The notes below the pieces were generated by a model that had not been told where the DNA came from, made no database searches, and saw only the letters and a list, made by a program, of their open reading frames with translations. The position numbers and the translations under genes were made by a program. From the NCBI RefSeq assembly GCF_004010195.1, contig NC_057718.1, forward strand, positions 48,853,859 to 48,901,594: a stretch of 47,736 nt of DNA. The letters are read 5' to 3'. Positions 12,560 to 23,329 of the stretch are shown here, piece by piece. Numbering within the stretch: the stretch's first letter is position 1; each line of letters opens with the position of its first letter. This DNA is from Chiloscyllium plagiosum (Eukaryota).

Positions 12560-13640
12560 TCACATGATGTTGAAAGATTATTTAAAAATTGGGTTATGCA
12601 CAACCACTTGTTTCTTTCCTATGGGAAGGGTCATAATATAATGACCTAATATACAAGTATTATGCTTCATTAATTTGATCATTACTTTGCTGACGTCCCA
12701 GCTCTTTTACAGGAAAAAATTGCTTCGGATTGCCAAGTTAAATGGACAATCGCAGGAAGACTAAATTATGCATACATAGCATTCCCTGGGGCCCCCAGCC
12801 AAGTTCATGTCAAACCCATAATAATTGGAGTATCCTCACTAAAAACAGCTTCTGTAGGCGTACGTCAGAAGTAATTTAAAATCTACGTAGAGGATGTATC
12901 GATCTTCCTTTAGCTTCCTTTCTCACAAACATATAACAGTTGAAGCCACAATGTTTTCAAAAAACACCAGCTCCCCCTCAACACACTTATTGCATCTAAT
13001 CCAATAATAAATAAATTGATGTTTTGAGACAGTGTGAACCCTTTTATCTTGAAGTTGGGCTAAGTACATAACATGCTGTGCGTGAGCAACAGGTCTGTTT
13101 AGCTTAAGAAAGAAAATAACTCTCACACGCTGCTTGTGACATAAATAGACAAGAAAAATAAAAGCAATAACAATTAGTTGATAACACTATGCAGTCTGGG
13201 GGGAATGACTCATAAATCACTGACTCCACATGTTTACACTGTGATAACAATTAACTGTATTCAAGAAAGCCAATTCTTCTAGGGACTTTTATTTTCCTTT
13301 GAATTAATTAGTTCATTAGCAAGATAGCCAGCATTCCTGCAGAGTGCACAGCACTATTTGAGTTCTTTTGTGTTCCACTTGGTTCACTCTGGACAATCAA
13401 ATGTTTACAACTGACGCTAAACTGTACCGAAGGAAGCATGCCCTCGGAAATTGACAATTTGACTTTTGTAATGAAAATGTGATATTGCACACGCAGAGTA
13501 AAAGCAAGGCTCTGTGAAATTCCATGTGGAAGTGCAGAGGTTGATGTACTTTATATGGATTATTTTTGCCACCACGGCTCAAAGCCAAGTAATTTATTTA
13601 TGAGCAGCCTCTTATAATTCAATTATATTCATTCAGTCTA
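12560..13640. promoter_or_regulatory. Candidate conserved non-coding element/enhancer cluster
   Basis: No recognisable TE; retained CpGs; AP-1 TGACTCA 13206-13212 overlapping Pbx-Hox TGATTTATG (minus, 13211-13219); FOX TGTTTAC at 13231 and 13402; nuclear-receptor half-sites 12628-12647. Confidence 0.4.
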
Positions 13641-13812
13641 ACTATTGGTCATCATATTTGAAGAGATGAAGAATACTGAGGTTCTTTTTCCATTCTTACC
13701 CCTAAATATCCAAATTTATTTCACTATACCTAAATATTAGGATTTTTAAGAAAATGTCATCCACTTAGAAATGGACCTCAGGGGATGGTTCTCCAACTGG
13801 AGGGACATGTGA

Positions 13813-14129
13813 ATTAGATTAGATTAGATTACTTACAGTGTGGAAACAGGCCCTTCGGCCCAACAAGTCCACACCGACCCGCCGAAGCGCAACCCACCCA
13901 TACCCCTACATTTACCCCTTTAACCTAACACTACGGGCAATTTAGCATGGCCAATTCACCTGACCCGCACATCTTTGGACTGTGGGAGGAAACCGGAGCA
14001 TCCGGAGGAAACCCACGCAGACACGGGGAGAATGTGCAAACTCCACACAGTCAGTCGCCTGAGTCGGGAATTGAACCCGGGTCTACAGGCGCTGTGAGGC
14101 AGCAGTGCTAACCACTGGGCCACCGTGCC
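13813..14129 (-). mobile_element. Full-length HE1-type tRNA-derived V-SINE (young)
   Basis: Minus strand A box tggcccagtgg, B box ggttcaattcc, V-domain tgggtttcctccggatgctccggtttcctcccacagtccaaaga, (tctaa)n tail; CpG-rich. Confidence 0.93.
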
Positions 14130-15035
14130 TCCATGTATTGTGGAGGTCCCCGGGTGTGAATTTAAGCATCCTGCCCTTCCTGATATACATTGATGACCTA
14201 GACCTGGTACAGGCCAGAATGTGAAAATTGGCAAAACTTGGAAGTCTGGTAAACTGTGAGGGGATCGTGTAAAACTTGGAAAAGACTGGGGTTGATGGAA
14301 TAGGTGTTCAAATTGGTATTTGTCTATTTCAGAAAGCATTTGACTGCACCCAGTGTATACGTCACTTCTAGATAACTTATTCTGTTGCGGCCATACAGAT
14401 GGCTCTCCTGCAGCTGGGAAAGATGAATACACTTTGACCTGAGGTTGACTGATATTTTGTCCTTCTGGAAGGCTTTCTTTCCCAGCACCTGGTCAATTCT
14501 TTTGTCCCCTGATTTTTCCAATCCCTTCCTCACTGAACGTGTCTTCAAGCACCTGGCCAATTGTGGGGACTTCCCATGTGTCGATTCTGATCCTGCTCGA
14601 CTCAAGCTCTCGTCTGCAAACATTGTTTGTACCACAGATGTTTCATGTTGGTCTTGTGCCAATAGCAAGCTCACCATTGAGCATGTCTTTGGGGATGCAG
14701 CTATCATTCATTTAGCTCATGAGCCTCAGCCATTGGAGTTGCTGCTAACTCAAGGGGCGTACATACTGAGCTTGCTTGCATGTGGATATTCCCATATTCG
14801 GCACTTAGTCCGACCCGGAAATCTTTAATATTCATCTGAGGCAGGAGAGTTGGAAAATTTTCAGCCATTTTGAGGCAAATAGCAGATGAAACTGATTACA
14901 GAGAAGCATGAAGTGGTTCATTTGGGGAGGAAAAATGCAAAGAGACAAATTTTAAATAAAGGTGCAATTCTAGAGAATATGCAGGAGCAAAAGGACCTGT
15001 CTGTATATTTGCGTTAATCATTTAAGTTTGCAGTG
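14130..15035 (+). mobile_element. Old CR1 RT remnant split by an RTE insertion
   Basis: Decayed IYIDDLD/AKLG segment (14170-14310) and WQMKL..EKHEVVHLGRKN-like segment (14875-15035). Confidence 0.5.
14340..14860 (-). mobile_element. RTE-clade LINE 3' fragment
   Basis: Minus strand FQLSCLR*ILKISGSD*VPN...QLQWL...MNDSCIPKDMLNGELAIGTRP. Confidence 0.75.
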
Positions 15036-15438
15036 ATATACAGGTATAAGGATTTGTTTTCTGGCACCAGTGCACATGCAAACAATAGTAAGGTGGTTAT
15101 TGAGCATTAAAAGGAAAATTGTACTTTGACTCACACTTTATTTATATACCTTTACAATATCACAATATGTTTGTTTATTAAAATTGTATGTTGAATTGGT
15201 ATTTGGGACTAACACCACTGTCTATTGTTGACTGCCTGTGCACATGCATGCACACAATATTAATTTGGTTTTAAAAATTAAAGTGAAGGTTGTAAAGTTT
15301 TAATTTTATTTCTGTGATCCAATATTCTATTTCATTAAAATAGTGTCATTTATGGGTATTTGAAAATTTTTGTGACTATGTTTGCAAAATAGTTAATACG
15401 TACTGTCTTGCAATCAGTAAGTGCAGCCTTTGTATGAT

Positions 15439-15583
15439 AATTGCCCGTAGTGTCCAGGAATGTGCAGGCTCGGTGGATTAGCCATGGGAAGTGCAGGGTT
15501 ACAGAGATGGGGTGGGTCTGGCTGGGATGCTCTTTAGATGGATTTGATGGACTGACTGGCTTCCATACTGTAGGGATTCTATA
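15439..15583 (+). mobile_element. HE1-type SINE 3' half
   Basis: aattgcccgtagtgtccagg...ccatactgtagggattctat, similar to the 3' part of 17759-18046. Confidence 0.8.
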
Positions 15584-15821
15584 TCCTAAGTAAATGATAA
15601 TGGAATCTGCAAAGAGCGATGATGTAAGAAATTACATTGATCTGACATCAATAGAATGATCAGTGGAGATGAGTATGCTAGAAGTAGCATGTGAAAAGAG
15701 AGGCCTTACATGCTGTATTCTGCAACTTGTAACTAACAAGTGTGTCAGTACTGAAGAGAGAGTGTGATGTCTGACTCTCATATGAGGAGCAGCAGTCTCT
15801 CTGTAGCCAGAGTATGTGTAG

Positions 15822-16021
15822 CCATGCTGTGGAGGTGCCAGTGTTGGATTGGGGTGGACAAAGTCAGTAGTCACATGACATCAGGTTATAGTCCAACAGA
15901 TTTATTTGAAATCACAAGCTGGGAGCACTGTTCCTTCAACCGACAAAAGGACTACGTCCCAAAGGCTTGTGATTTCAAATAAACTTGTTGGACTATAACC
16001 TGGTGTCACATGACTTCTGAC
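15822..16021. mobile_element. Penelope-like fold-back mini-element (second family)
   Basis: Imperfect ~58-bp arms 15863-15920/15964-16021; one-sided tail 15822-15862; TSD ag(a/t)gtatgtgtag 15809-15821/16022-16034; decayed hammerhead halves in the loop. Confidence 0.8.
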
Positions 16022-16076
16022 AGTGTATGTGTAGACACCCCAGTCCAGAGGTAAAAAGGGGAAGTGTCTAACACAT

Positions 16077-16327
16077 CTTCCCACCCTACCTCTTGCAAAA
16101 ATGCCATCCCATATTCCCAATTCCTCCGCCTCCGCCGTATCTGCTCCCAGGAGGACCAGTTCCACCACAGAACACACCAGATGGCCTCCTTCTTTAGAGA
16201 CCACCATTTCCCTTCCCACGTGGTTAAAGATGCCCTCCAACGCATCTCGTCCACATCCCGCACCTCGTCCACATCCCGCACCTCCGCCCTCAGACCCCAC
16301 CCCCCAACCGTAACAAGGACAGAACGC
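16077..16327 (+). mobile_element. Penelope-like RT C-terminal/thumb internal fragment
   Basis: SHPTSCKNAIPYSQFLRLRRICSQEDQFHHR...FFRDHHFP; in-frame 18-bp duplication 16246-16281. Confidence 0.9.
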
Positions 16328-16785
16328 AGGGAAGTAATAGTCAGTAAATTGTTTCTTTGGAGATCCAGCCAGAAACATGATGGCCCAAATAGCTTCCTTC
16401 TGTGCTGTGCCATCCTGTGATTCTGTCAAATCAATTCAGCTATACTGCTTCATGGGTGCAAAGGAAGAGGATTGCTCTTGTGGTAATACTGTACTTCTCA
16501 CAACTCGGCATCTTAAAACTGCACAGTCGTTATGAAATATTGCTTGGCAAACCTACTTTTTTGCTTGTTTATAATTGCACAGCATGCTAGCGTAAATCAT
16601 GTTGACATGCATTTTTGTGCCTGTGAGCAACATTGACCCAGATGATGGAATAATAAAACAAGACAATGAGGTTTATATGAGTTTTCCTTATGTGCTTCCA
16701 TGCTAAAAACCGTTTTCTTCTAAAGCAGCATAGACCAGTCCAAGAATGCACATAAACAGAAGCAGAGTGGCCACACCTTCCTTTT

Positions 16786-16942
16786 TCATAAGTTCATAAG
16801 ATATAGGAGCAGAATTCAGTCAGTTGTCCCACCAACTCTGCTCCGCCATTTGATCATTGCTGATAAGCTCCTCACCCACATTTTCCTGCCTTGTCCCCAA
16901 AACCCTTCAACCCATTTCCAATTGAAAATCTGTCTAACTCAG
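16786..16942 (-). mobile_element. Old CR1 LINE 3' end
   Basis: Minus strand gagttagacagattttc...tcagcaatgatcaaatggcggagcagag...tctgctcctatatcttatg. Confidence 0.7.
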
Positions 16943-17029
16943 TGGGAAGTGTTGTATTCTGTGGTCTTAAAGATGCTGTACTGACTTTGAAATTTACTGA
17001 GAGAATGTAGGTGTGCAGGACAAGTGTAC

Positions 17030-17530
17030 AGGCAAGTGGGTAGGGAGGCAAAAGGGTCAGGTAGGATGAAAAGAAACTGATTGAGAGCTTAGGGTTGAGG
17101 GGTCAGGTCAGGTTGGTGGTGGGGTTATTGGGTGGCAGTGCCAGGTCAATGAGGGGGTGCCGGGGACATTGTTGGTAACAGGTGGAATGGTCAGGGTGGG
17201 GTCAGGTTCTGAGGGTGTCGAGTCAGCGGTGTGTGTCAGTGTTGAATCGAGGGTGAGTGGGGATGTCAGACTGGGTGGTGGTAGGGTCCAACAAGGTTGG
17301 TTACTAGGATGGATAAGAAGTTCAGGGAGTGGTAGGTTTGTTGGGTCCACTGAAGTTCAGTCAGGGGTAAAGAGGGTGTTGGGTAATGGGATGTGGTGTT
17401 GGGTTCTGATGGGGTCAGATTGATGGGCATGGGGATGTCTCGTTGTAGGGTAATATCAGGGTTGGGGGCTGTTGGTGCTTGCCAGATGCAGTGAGGTTAT
17501 AGCATCATTGGACTGTTGGGGGTCTAGATA
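17030..17530 (+). repeat. G/T-rich low-complexity tract with recurring gggtcagg
   Basis: Strong G-over-C skew; many degenerate (g)gggtcag(g) units. Confidence 0.6.
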
Positions 17531-17758
17531 TTTGAAATTGCTGCAGGATTGTGACTAGAAAGTCACATATCCAATAAATTTGGCTTCTAATTGGTGGGGG
17601 ATGTTGGGCCCAGAGTTCCAACAAAGTGATGGATCTCCGAGCAGGGGAGGTTGCTTCATAGGGTGTGGAGGTGGGTCTTGAAAATCAGGGGTCAGGATGG
17701 GTTAGACAGGGAGTCATTGATGAATCAGGGGTTCAGTCTCATCATTACCAATGAATTT

Positions 17759-18046
17759 GGTGGCACCGTGGCTCAGTGGTTAGCACTGCTGCCTTACAGC
17801 ACCAGAGATCTGGGTTCAATTCCACTCTTAGACAATTGTGTGGAGTTTGCACATTCTCCTCATATCGTGGGGTTTCCTCTGGATTCTTTGGTTTCCTCCC
17901 ACAGTCCAAAGGTGTGCAGGTTAAGTGGATTGGCTATAGGAAATGCAGAGTTAAAGGGTAGGGAGGTGGGTTTGGGTAGGATGCTCTTTGGAGGGTTGGT
18001 GTGGACTCAATGGGCTGAATGGCTTGTTTCCACACTGTAGGGATTC
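17759..18046 (+). mobile_element. HE1-type V-SINE (older copy)
   Basis: A box tggctcagtgg, B box ggttcaattcc, V-domain, tail ccacactgtagggattc. Confidence 0.88.
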
Positions 18047-18869
18047 AAATTAGAACAGGTTTTGATTGTTTAACCTTTCCTGGAGAAACGTCAAGTGAGC
18101 TGGAACCCTCCAAATTCTCTGTTCTGACTTGGAGTTGGGGTCTTTTCTACATGCCAGGCTATTGCTCCTGGGAGATTGCCATGGAGGTAACTGCATCAAG
18201 ATCGCCACTTGATCCTTCTGGGCATTTAGTCTACATTGCTGCGATAAGGAGTGAGCCCTTGGGTTTTCAGGATCAACATAATAACAGTGACAAACATAAT
18301 GAACTTCTTTGGTGAAGTGAGTGACTCTGGTATTTAGCTATGTGCAGTGGAGATTGGAAGCCAATGAGAAAATAGCACAAAGATGGAGTCAGACTTATAA
18401 CCATTTTTGTTCTTGTTACAAGAAATACCATTTTCACAGCTAGCACTCTTGGGATAGCTATAGTTACTTAGTCAGCAAGGGCAGGGTTAAGTAAATTTTA
18501 CAAAGTTGACTGCAATATTAATGCAATTGTACATGTTATTAAAGTTAAAAATAGAATTCCCTAGATGAACTTACCACTCAGAGAACAAGCTCAGCAGCAA
18601 GTTTGATCAGTGCACATATGGATTTTTCCCATTCGATTTTTGGCACCAGGGTTCTGTTATATGCAAGCTGTTTCACTTAGAGATGGTCTATTATTGGACT
18701 TCAGTGAACTCGTTAAGGTTGAAGTATCTTTGCACACTAAATTTATAATCAGTCCATTGCTCTCTCATTGTGGCCCACAGTCTCATCATAAAAATCATAG
18801 ATTGTGAGAAGATTTGTAACTTGGGTGCTTGTTGTTGTGGTTCTGTTCGCCGAGCTGGGAATTTGTGTT

Positions 18870-18909
18870 GCAGACGTTTCGTCCCCTGTCTAGGTGACAT
18901 CCTCAGTGC
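18870..18909 (-). ncRNA. Minimal type I hammerhead ribozyme
   Basis: GCA-CTGAGGA-T-GTCACCT-AGAC-AGGGGAC-GAAA-CGTC-TGC: intact core, stem I GCA/TGC, GUC cleavage triplet. Confidence 0.75.
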
Positions 18910-19223
18910 TTGGGAGCCTCCTGTGAAGCGCTTCTGTGATCTTTCCTCCGAGCTATCCTTAGTAGCCACACACTCAGATGACAAGCAACATGAGTTCGAC
19001 TGGGACAACACTACTATTATAGGACAAGCCAAACAGAGAACAGCCAGGGAATTCCTAGAGGCATGGCACTCATCCACAGATTCAATCAATAAGCACATTG
19101 ACCTGGACCCAATATACCGACCACTGCAACGGACAGCTGGAACTGACAACCGGAAGCAGCAGATTCAAACCACTACAAATGGCGGACGAAAGATCACAGA
19201 AGCGCTTCACAGGAGGCACCCAA

Positions 19224-19263
19224 GCACTGAGGATGTCACCTAGACAGGGGACGAAACGTCTGT
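19224..19263 (+). ncRNA. Minimal type I hammerhead ribozyme (second copy)
   Basis: Identical core; stem I GCA/TGT with one G-U pair. Confidence 0.72.
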
Positions 19264-19946
19264 AACACAAATTTCCCAGCTCGGTGAACAGAACCACAAC
19301 AAAAATCATAGAATCTATCAATAATCTATTCCAAATAAAGTGAGGATAAACTGATTGAAAAATTATGTCACAATTATAGTGATAAAGTCCCACCATTCCC
19401 CAGCCAGGTATCTGCTTGCTATGTCAAAGAGCTGAGTTTCTTGTTTGAACTACAATGTGCTATTATGTTGTATAAATTCCTCAGATTAAACTGATTCTTT
19501 TTAGCCCAAAGGAACCAATCAAGATGCTGCTTGCTGCAATTGTCTTTATTTTTGAAATAGATTTTCTTTCTGTTTTTATTTGTGTTGGTGCATCTCTGTG
19601 CCAATTTTTTTTTGGTTACATTACAGTGTTCAACATTATTCTTATAAGACGAGCACATGATGGACTACTGACTATTGAGCCTTTCATTACGCATAGCTCT
19701 GGTGCCTGAGGGCAAAACGTATGTAGCTAGTTGAAAGTATTCCAGTATGTGTCTGGTGGAAAGGACTGGAATTCTAGCTTTCCAGGGATGGTTTTTGAGT
19801 CCTGTGGAGATCTCCTCTGGTGCTTGGAGGAAATTAAATGAGGTGATTAAAAGAGCAGTTAAGAGCCATTTAACTATTAATTCCTTCGTTTCCATTAGCG
19901 CACACTTCCTGTGTCTTACACCAACTACCCCACAAACAGTTTAACT

Positions 19947-20199
19947 CAGGATTTCCCAAACGTTTTTCCACTGCGACTTTGAATCAAGATTTGAAAATTG
20001 TCATGATGTCTCAGGGAGAAGTGTGAGTGGGAGGCCAGTTCTATGGGCCTCTGACAGCAGGGTCCTGTTAGAAGGGGATGGCAGCTGTTACAACTCGGTC
20101 AACGTTCCATGGAGGCTGTTGCTGCCTCAGAATGTTCAACACCAAAATTTCAGGTCATATACCCACTTGGGGTCCTGAAGCCCACTTTGGAAAGCACTG
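19947..20199. mobile_element. Non-autonomous hAT (Charlie-like) DNA transposon/MITE
   Basis: TIRs CAGGATTTCCCAAA / CAGTGCTTTCCAAA (10/14 match); 8-bp TSD gtttaact (19939-19946) / gcttaact (20200-20207) with central TA. Confidence 0.75.
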
Positions 20200-20498
20200 G
20201 CTTAACTTCTTTCAAATCAGTTTCAATCTCTGAGTAACAAACTCTCCTGTTTATGCACAGGTTACAGAGTGAGAGCAGTAGCTGAGGTTGTTAGTTTTGT
20301 GGATAGCATGCTTCTGAAGGTGGTCACTGTAGTATAAGGTCATGGTTATGAAGGGGTTAATATTGATGTTTCATTGAGCTCTACCCAATCTGATGATGTC
20401 ACATAATTTTTTAAATGGACTGGTTGATTTATGCACGTGTACCCAAAGGAAGCAGATGTCATCCATACATCTCCAGAGAGTCCTTAGTTTGAACATTG

Positions 20499-20590
20499 GT
20501 TCTGAAGAAGGGTCACTGGACCTGAAATGTTAACTCTGCTTTCTCTCCATAAATACTACAGAGTTTTTCCAGCAATTTCCATTTATGTTA
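20499..20590 (+). mobile_element. Penelope-like pLTR fragment with hammerhead core
   Basis: GTT-CTGAAGA-A-GGGTC-ACTG-GACCT-GAAA-TGTT-AAC (20499-20534), stem I GTT/AAC. Confidence 0.75.
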
Positions 20591-20784
20591 AAAACAGGCT
20601 GTCTTGTTTTAGTCCCTGGTTTTTAAAAACACAAAAATAAAAAGACATGGGCGATACAACGTGCAAAAAGACAGGACAGAGATCATTGAGCATTCAAGTA
20701 AGCATGAAATGAATGAGTGCTAAGACAACAGGCTAACTGACCTGTCTCTGAGTCAATATCCTGTACCTGCATTCATATTGGCAT

Positions 20785-20900
20785 TGTGGCACATGGACTG
20801 TAACGGTTCAAGAAGGCAGCTCACCACCACCTTTTCAAAGGCAGACAAGGGATGGGCAATAAATGCTGGCTCTGCCAATGACACCCACATCCCATGAATT
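20785..20900 (+). mobile_element. L2/CR1-type LINE 3' end
   Basis: ttcaagaaggcagctcaccaccacc...gggatgggcaataaatgctgg...cccacatcccatgaat; same tail ends 42395-42825. Confidence 0.75.
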
Positions 20901-21898
20901 TACATTTAAAAAATGCATCCTGTTCCAATGCATGAGGTGAGTGCCGATGCTGGCAAAAGGAAATGGCCTGGCAGCAGCACTGCCACAAAAGTTGTAAGTG
21001 CGCCCCAAAGTACAATTTGAATTGGTGAATTGTATTATAATTGAGTCAGAGATGGGCCATGATGATGTAGTGAGACTGGGCATGTCTGATGCCACTCTCC
21101 ATGGATAAAGAATGCAGGCAGTGACTGTCCATTGAGCATACCCTGAGATGTTAGGGATTGCTGGCCAAGATGGAGGTCTGCAGGAACAAGCAACAGGCTT
21201 CAGCTACCCTCTACTGCCAGACTCTGTCTTTTTATGAAGGTCATTATCTAGTTCCTGTCCTGGTAAAATAACAAAATGCATTCTAATGAGGCGAAATTAG
21301 ATAATGGTGGGGTGTTAAAGCGTGAAAGTATGTCTTTTGCTGCTCACTGGTGTGTTTCTCATTTTGCCATACAAACCTTTTGGTGCAAAGTCAATTTTTT
21401 TTTCTTTTTCTCACCATCAAAACTCTATTTTTCCAAATTGCACCACATTTCCTGAACTGATTCACCATTGTCCATTTCGTTCAGGAGCTGGGATGGCTCC
21501 ACCCACTGTTTCATAAAAGATCAGCAATTCAATTCAACTCAAATCTAGCTTGGAACGTGCCTGTCTCCCAAATCGAATTGCCATACTCAATTAAATAAAT
21601 TATATCCACTCCACCTTCAACAACAAAATTAACCAAATAGAGCATATTAAAGAGGGATTTGTGACAGCTAACGGCTCTCAAAATGACACAGTAAGAATGA
21701 TACTAGAGTGAACAAAAGGAATGTTTGTTCCACCTTGTCCAATTATCTTCTGAAACTTGGCAGTGCTGTTTACACCACAAATCTTGGATTGCAGCCAAAA
21801 AAAGAGCATCCATGCTGCTCAACTATGTCTCTGAATTGTAACTTATGGTCTCTTATACAAAGCAGCAGGACTGTGGTGCTATTCAGTTAGTTTGAAAT

Positions 21899-21968
21899 TT
21901 AAATTATGATAGATGCAAAGCACAGCAGAATTAAATTATGATAGATGCAAAGCACAGCAGAATTAAAT
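21899..21968 (+). repeat. Perfect 32-bp tandem duplication
   Basis: aaattatgatagatgcaaagcacagcagaatt x2 (21901-21964). Confidence 0.95.
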
Positions 21969-22729
21969 CTATATTTGAGCTCAATAGTTCGGACAATCTT
22001 TCTCAGTATTTGGTAAAATGTCGCGGGCCCTCTGGAAAAACCGCAAAATGCAATAGAAATAAGAAAGCACCACCTTGTGGTCCAGTTCAGCTTTAATTTC
22101 AACCAGCTTTGCGGAAATCCATATTCTCTTTACATTGGGCCATTTGCGACAGAGAGGAAGAGTAGATCATGATATTCTTCTGATACATATCTTATATTGG
22201 GTTTTAATAATGAGGAAATAATGATACAGCAATGCTCATTTTGTTTTGGTTTTCTGCTGCTCCAGCATTGCCGTGGCTTTTAAAGTGTAGTTATCCTTGA
22301 ATGAGGCATGTCCTGTTCAATCAGATTAAAACTAATATTACCTTTTGGTTAGGTTGCCAGTATCTACCACTCTTCCCTCCGCTTGTATCAAACTGACAAC
22401 GTATTCAAATCAATAGGACATTACTTCTCAAAAACATGGGCAGGCGAGAATGGCTGCAATATTGTTAAACGGGCAAGAAGCATTTCACAAGAGACTTTCT
22501 GATCTTTAATTGGGTTATTACAGCTCTACTGTTGAGCAAAAATGCTGTATTGTTGAAATTATACATCTTCAGGTATTTGGCCTTGATGTGAGAATTGATG
22601 GGTGTTTGGGCATTATTAAACTTGGCTTATAAAGTTGAAATTATTTCGAAAATTCAGAAAGCTCATCTGATGACAAGTAATGCAGATACTGCTGGGTGGA
22701 GAAGGTCATCTTTGGCCTCTATATTGATA

Positions 22730-23210
22730 TATTTAGTGGTAGCAATATTGCTCTGACCACAGGCTGATGGTCAAGCCACATTTTGAGAATTTGGCCATGT
22801 AATTTTAATCAACAGTTCAGGGCAGTACTGGGTTACACCGACATTATCTAAATCCATGTCTTTATAAAACATGCTTTAAATTGAGGGGTGATAGATATAG
22901 GACAGGGGTAGGCTCTTTACTCAGAGAGAAGTAAGCATGTGGAACGCACTGCCTGCTATAGTAGTAGACTCGCCACCTTTAAGCATTTAAATGGTCATTG
23001 GATAAACGTATGGATGCTAATGGATTAGTGTAGATTAGATGAGCTTCAGATTGGTTTCACAGGTCGGTTCAACATCAAGGGCTGAAGGGCCTGTACTACA
23101 CTGTAATGTTCTATGTTCTACGCTGCACCAAGGTCCCAAGTGCATTGCTTACTGCGGGTGAGGAATTGATCACTTTCTCTATCATTCCCAAGGATCAATA
23201 CTTCTTTCAT
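22730..23210 (+). mobile_element. Highly decayed DeuSINE-like (SacSINE1/AmnSINE-type) remnant split by CR1
   Basis: ggtcaagccac...cagggcagtactg...gtctttataaaacatgctttaaattgagg resembles the Deu-domain consensus as I recall it. Confidence 0.35.
22884..23120 (+). mobile_element. CR1 LINE 3' end
   Basis: FTQREVSMWNALPAIVVDS; tail ctgtaatgttctatgttcta. Confidence 0.85.
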
Positions 23211-23329
23211 ATATTTGGCTTTCCAGAGACTTATCAATGGTGTGTACATAGATATTAAAGTTTCACTGTAGGATTTCAGTAAAAGAGGCTGGCTCTGACC
23301 TGGTCAGCATGTATGCATATGAAGAACCT

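Larger units (their letters stand above)
18802..19300 (+). mobile_element. 5'-truncated Penelope-like element with inverted pLTRs
   Basis: GIY-YIG C-terminal frame SLVATHSDDKQHEFDWDNTTIIGQAKQRTAREFLEAWHS; ~117-bp inverted arms 18834-18950/19183-19300; 32-nt tail 18802-18833; exact TSD aaaaatcataga 18790-18801/19301-19312. Confidence 0.93.

Noticed and set aside
13956..14432. 158-aa ORF and similar ORFs containing WVSSGCSGFLPQSK
   Set aside because: Read-through of the V-SINE core, a recurrent spurious peptide
17759..17830. tRNA gene (A and B boxes)
   Set aside because: tRNA-derived SINE head continuing into the V-domain; no cloverleaf 3' end
18570..18745. Minus-strand exon with a strong gtaagt donor
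   Set aside because: All three frames contain stops from either candidate acceptor
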